From assembly GCA_035261845.1 (NCBI GenBank), contig DATFTN010000197.1, positions 17,923-81,922 of the forward strand: 64,000 nucleotides of DNA, written 5' to 3'. The stretch comes from Myxococcales bacterium (GTDB lineage: Bacteria > Myxococcota > Myxococcia > Myxococcales > 40CM-4-68-19). A program made the position numbers and the translations under genes. How positions within the stretch are numbered: the first letter of the stretch is position 1; the number at the start of each line of letters is the position of its first letter. This document shows, one piece after another, positions 62,024-64,000 of this stretch. The notes under the pieces are model-generated. The model did not search any database. It worked only from the letters and a program-made list of their open reading frames with translations, and was not told the DNA's origin.

Positions 62024-63535
62024 CTACCGGGTGCGCCCCTCCCAGTTGTCGAGGATGCGCGCGACGCTTTCGCCGTAGTGGACGGGGTCGAGCCTGCGGC
62101 TGGTCTCGTACTCGGCGCGCGCCCGGACCGGATTCTTGTCGAGGAGCAGCGTCGCCAGCCGGTAATGCGCCTCCGCGTTGTCCGGATCGGCCGTCAGGGC
62201 GGCCTCGAGCAGATCGCGCGCGGCGGCCAGGTTCCCTGCCTGCTCGCGCTCGCCTGACTGCAACATCAGGGTCCGCGCGAGCGCTGCATCGCGCGATGCC
62301 GTGGGCCCGGCGGGCGCAGCGGGACCGCGCGGCGGCTGGCGCCGTATCGCCGCCGTCACGGCCAGGATGGCCAGCACGACCGTCGCGATCCCCGCGATCC
62401 AGAGCCCGCGCCAGGTCCGGCGCGGCGCCTGGAGCGGCCCGCCCCCACCTGGCACGGGGGTGGTGCTCCGGCTGGGAGTCGTCGCCCGCGCCGCCGAGCG
62501 CGCCTGGTCGGGAACGGCCAGCAGCTCGTCCCGGAACTGCTCCGCCGTCTGCGGCCGCTTCGCCGGGTCCTTCTCCAGGGCGCGGAGGATGAGGCGCTCC
62601 ATGGCCTCGCTGATGGGCGCGTCGGGCTGCCTCTGCCGCGGCGGCACCGGCGCCTCGTTCACGTGCCGGGTGAGCACTTCCATCGCGCCCGCACCGTCGA
62701 ACGGCAAGTGCCCGGTGGTCATCTGGTAGAGGATCACGCCCACCGCGTACAGGTCGCAGCGCTCGTCCAGTGCGGACCCGGTTGCCTGCTCGGGCGCCAT
62801 GTACTGCGGAGTCCCGCAGACCACGTCGTGCCTGGTCAGACCGGGCTGATCGCCCTCCGCGACACGGACGGCGCCCTGCCGGGGCAAGGCCGGGACGTCC
62901 GGGCCGAGGATCTTCGCGATGCCGAAGTCGAGCACCTTCACGTGATCGGGCTGGTCGCGGCGGGCCTCGACCATGACATTCTCGGGCTTCAGATCGCGGT
63001 GGATCACGTCGTTGACGTGCGCCTCGCCCAGCGCGGAGCAGACCTGCGCCATGATGTTGCAGAGGCGCTCCTCGGCCAGGGGCCAGTCGTCGCGCAGCAC
63101 CAGTCGCAGATCCTTGCCCTGCACGTGCTCCATCACGATGTACAGCGTGCCGTCGTTTTCCAGGCGTCCGAAGTCCAGCACCTGGATCACGTTCGGGTGG
63201 TTCAGCCGGCTGGCCGCCTTGGCTTCCCGCTCGAAGCGGCCCACCAGGGTGGGATCCTCGAGCAGCTGCGGCTTGAGCATCTTGAGGACGATGGTCCGGT
63301 CCAGCGCGAGGTGGCGCGCGCGGTACACCTTTCCCATGCCACCCTGGCCGATCAGATCGTCGACGCGGAACCGCCCTGAGATCACCGTTCCCACCAGCGG
63401 GTCGGTGGCCGACAACATCGGTGGCCTGAACCCTGGGTCGGTCGTGCCGCGGACCAGCGGAGCTCCGCAGTAGACGCACAGGCGCGTGGCGGCGGGCGGA
63501 AGCGCGCGCTGGCAGCGTGGGCAGGACTTCGGCAC
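62024..63535 (-). CDS. Ser/Thr protein kinase with N-terminal zinc ribbon, one TM helix and C-terminal TPR
   Basis: Track ORF 62024..63682. The likely start is the GTG at 63535 (VPKSCPRCQ), preceded by GGAGAGGGAG. Kinase motifs seen: GQGGMGKVYRA, HRDLKPEN, DFGIAK, APE. Confidence 0.85.
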   Translation of the reverse strand: MPKSCPRCQRALPPAATRLCVYCGAPLVRGTTDPGFRPPMLSATDPLVGTVISGRFRVDDLIGQGGMGKVYRARHLALDRTIVLKMLKPQLLEDPTLVGRFEREAKAASRLNHPNVIQVLDFGRLENDGTLYIVMEHVQGKDLRLVLRDDWPLAEERLCNIMAQVCSALGEAHVNDVIHRDLKPENVMVEARRDQPDHVKVLDFGIAKILGPDVPALPRQGAVRVAEGDQPGLTRHDVVCGTPQYMAPEQATGSALDERCDLYAVGVILYQMTTGHLPFDGAGAMEVLTRHVNEAPVPPRQRQPDAPISEAMERLILRALEKDPAKRPQTAEQFRDELLAVPDQARSAARATTPSRSTTPVPGGGGPLQAPRRTWRGLWIAGIATVVLAILAVTAAIRRQPPRGPAAPAGPTASRDAALARTLMLQSGEREQAGNLAAARDLLEAALTADPDNAEAHYRLATLLLDKNPVRARAEYETSRRLDPVHYGESVARILDNWEGRTR

Positions 63536-63682
63536 TGCTCCCTCTCCAGGGCCGGGCAGTGCCCCTGGATGGCCAGGTACGTTGGCACAGGTGCAGCGCT
63601 TCTTCCAATGTAGGAACGCGGGGCTTTCCGAGGGGGTGCGGCGCCTTGACCCTTCTTCGGGGCGGGGACTACAACCGGCCAC

Positions 63683-64000
63683 ATGGACTGCCCGAAGTGC
63701 GGCGCCTACAACGAGACCGAGGTGGGCTCGTGCCTCTCGTGCGGGGCGTCCCTGGCGGCCGAGGACGCCGCCGCCCCGACCATGATGAAGAAGCCGGCGC
63801 CGCGGCCTCCGGCGCAGAGACTCCAGCAGCCCGGAGGGCCGCCCAAGCAGTGCCCGAACTGCATGACGCTGAACGCCGCGAGCTTCAAGTTCTGCGCGCG
63901 GTGCGGCACGCCGCTGACGCCGAGCGCCGCCGCCCCGCCACCGAAAGTGGCAGGGTGGCCGGCAGCGAAAGTCGACGCGAAACCTGCCGCCGCCGCGGGA
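63683..64000 (+). CDS. Zinc-ribbon protein, N-terminal part (runs off the window end)
   Basis: Not in the track because there is no stop in the window. The ATG at 63683 gives MDCPKCGAYNETEVGSCLSCGASL...QCPNCMTLNAASFKFCARCGTPL. It is open to position 64000 with G/C-rich third positions. Confidence 0.6.
   Translation, partial: MDCPKCGAYNETEVGSCLSCGASLAAEDAAAPTMMKKPAPRPPAQRLQQPGGPPKQCPNCMTLNAASFKFCARCGTPLTPSAAAPPPKVAGWPAAKVDAKPAAAAG

Noticed and set aside
1-64000. Search for CRISPR arrays, tRNA/rRNA genes, reverse transcriptases or DGRs, toxin-antitoxin pairs and known defence-system ATPases or nucleases.
   Set aside because: None were recognised by eye in any frame or intergenic region. A tRNAscan, Infernal or defence-finder run would be needed to exclude small or divergent examples.

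Overview
High-GC bacterial chromosomal segment; most 60-nt lines I counted by hand are at or above 70% G+C. It is densely coding: I call about 57 CDS. I saw no rRNA, tRNA or CRISPR array by eye. The gene content includes Ser/Thr kinase, FHA and PP2C signalling genes, WS/DGAT, a tetrahaem cytochrome with a system II maturation gene, many lipoproteins and sigma-54-like promoter candidates. This suggests a myxobacterial or deltaproteobacterial (Anaeromyxobacter-like) genome, which is inference only. Many long Arg/Ala/Gly/Pro-rich ORFs in the track are antisense shadows and were ignored. Starts were trimmed by hand using RBS, stop/start overlaps and N-terminal family signatures.

Main blocks:
- 1-3 kb: ygiQ radical SAM, a disordered protein, and a rhomboid-like protein without catalytic residues.
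- 3-9.7 kb: a leu-like operon (fused LeuCD, Bcp, LeuB-like, thiolase, LeuA3-like, 67-aa ORF).
- 9.8-14.4 kb: WS/DGAT, a PRTase-hydrolase fusion, an M20 peptidase.
- 14.4-17.7 kb: PP2C-TerB-unknown operon facing a DUF883/membrane/YtxH triad.
- 17.7-20.4 kb: cytochrome c-ResB-EngB.
- 20.5-27.1 kb: coaE, SDR, argD, then a J-domain/Hsp70/TPR triad.
- 27.2-28.1 kb: a solitary RayT-like Y1 transposase.
- 28.2-39.8 kb: dprA-topA-trmFO-xerC-hslVU synteny with insertions.
- 39.9-43.2 kb: LysM, YbgF-like, pgeF.
- 43.2-56.3 kb: envelope-protein-rich region with two KamA-family aminomutases, DedA, an M50 protease, GNAT and DUF2203.
- 56.4-64 kb: ridA, AlkZ-like, rel, and a zinc-ribbon/FHA/kinase cluster.

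I see no canonical defence or mobile island. The candidates I find most worth follow-up are:
- an A10-TTA-T8 tract inside a lipoprotein signal peptide;
- a low-GC mosaic 3' part of a beta-propeller lipoprotein gene;
- the KamA pair neighbourhood, with an AT-rich 9-bp inverted repeat motif;
- the PP2C-TerB-unknown operon;
- the dedicated Hsp70 triad;
- the non-canonical leu-like operon.

All family assignments come from reading the translations. No database search was run.
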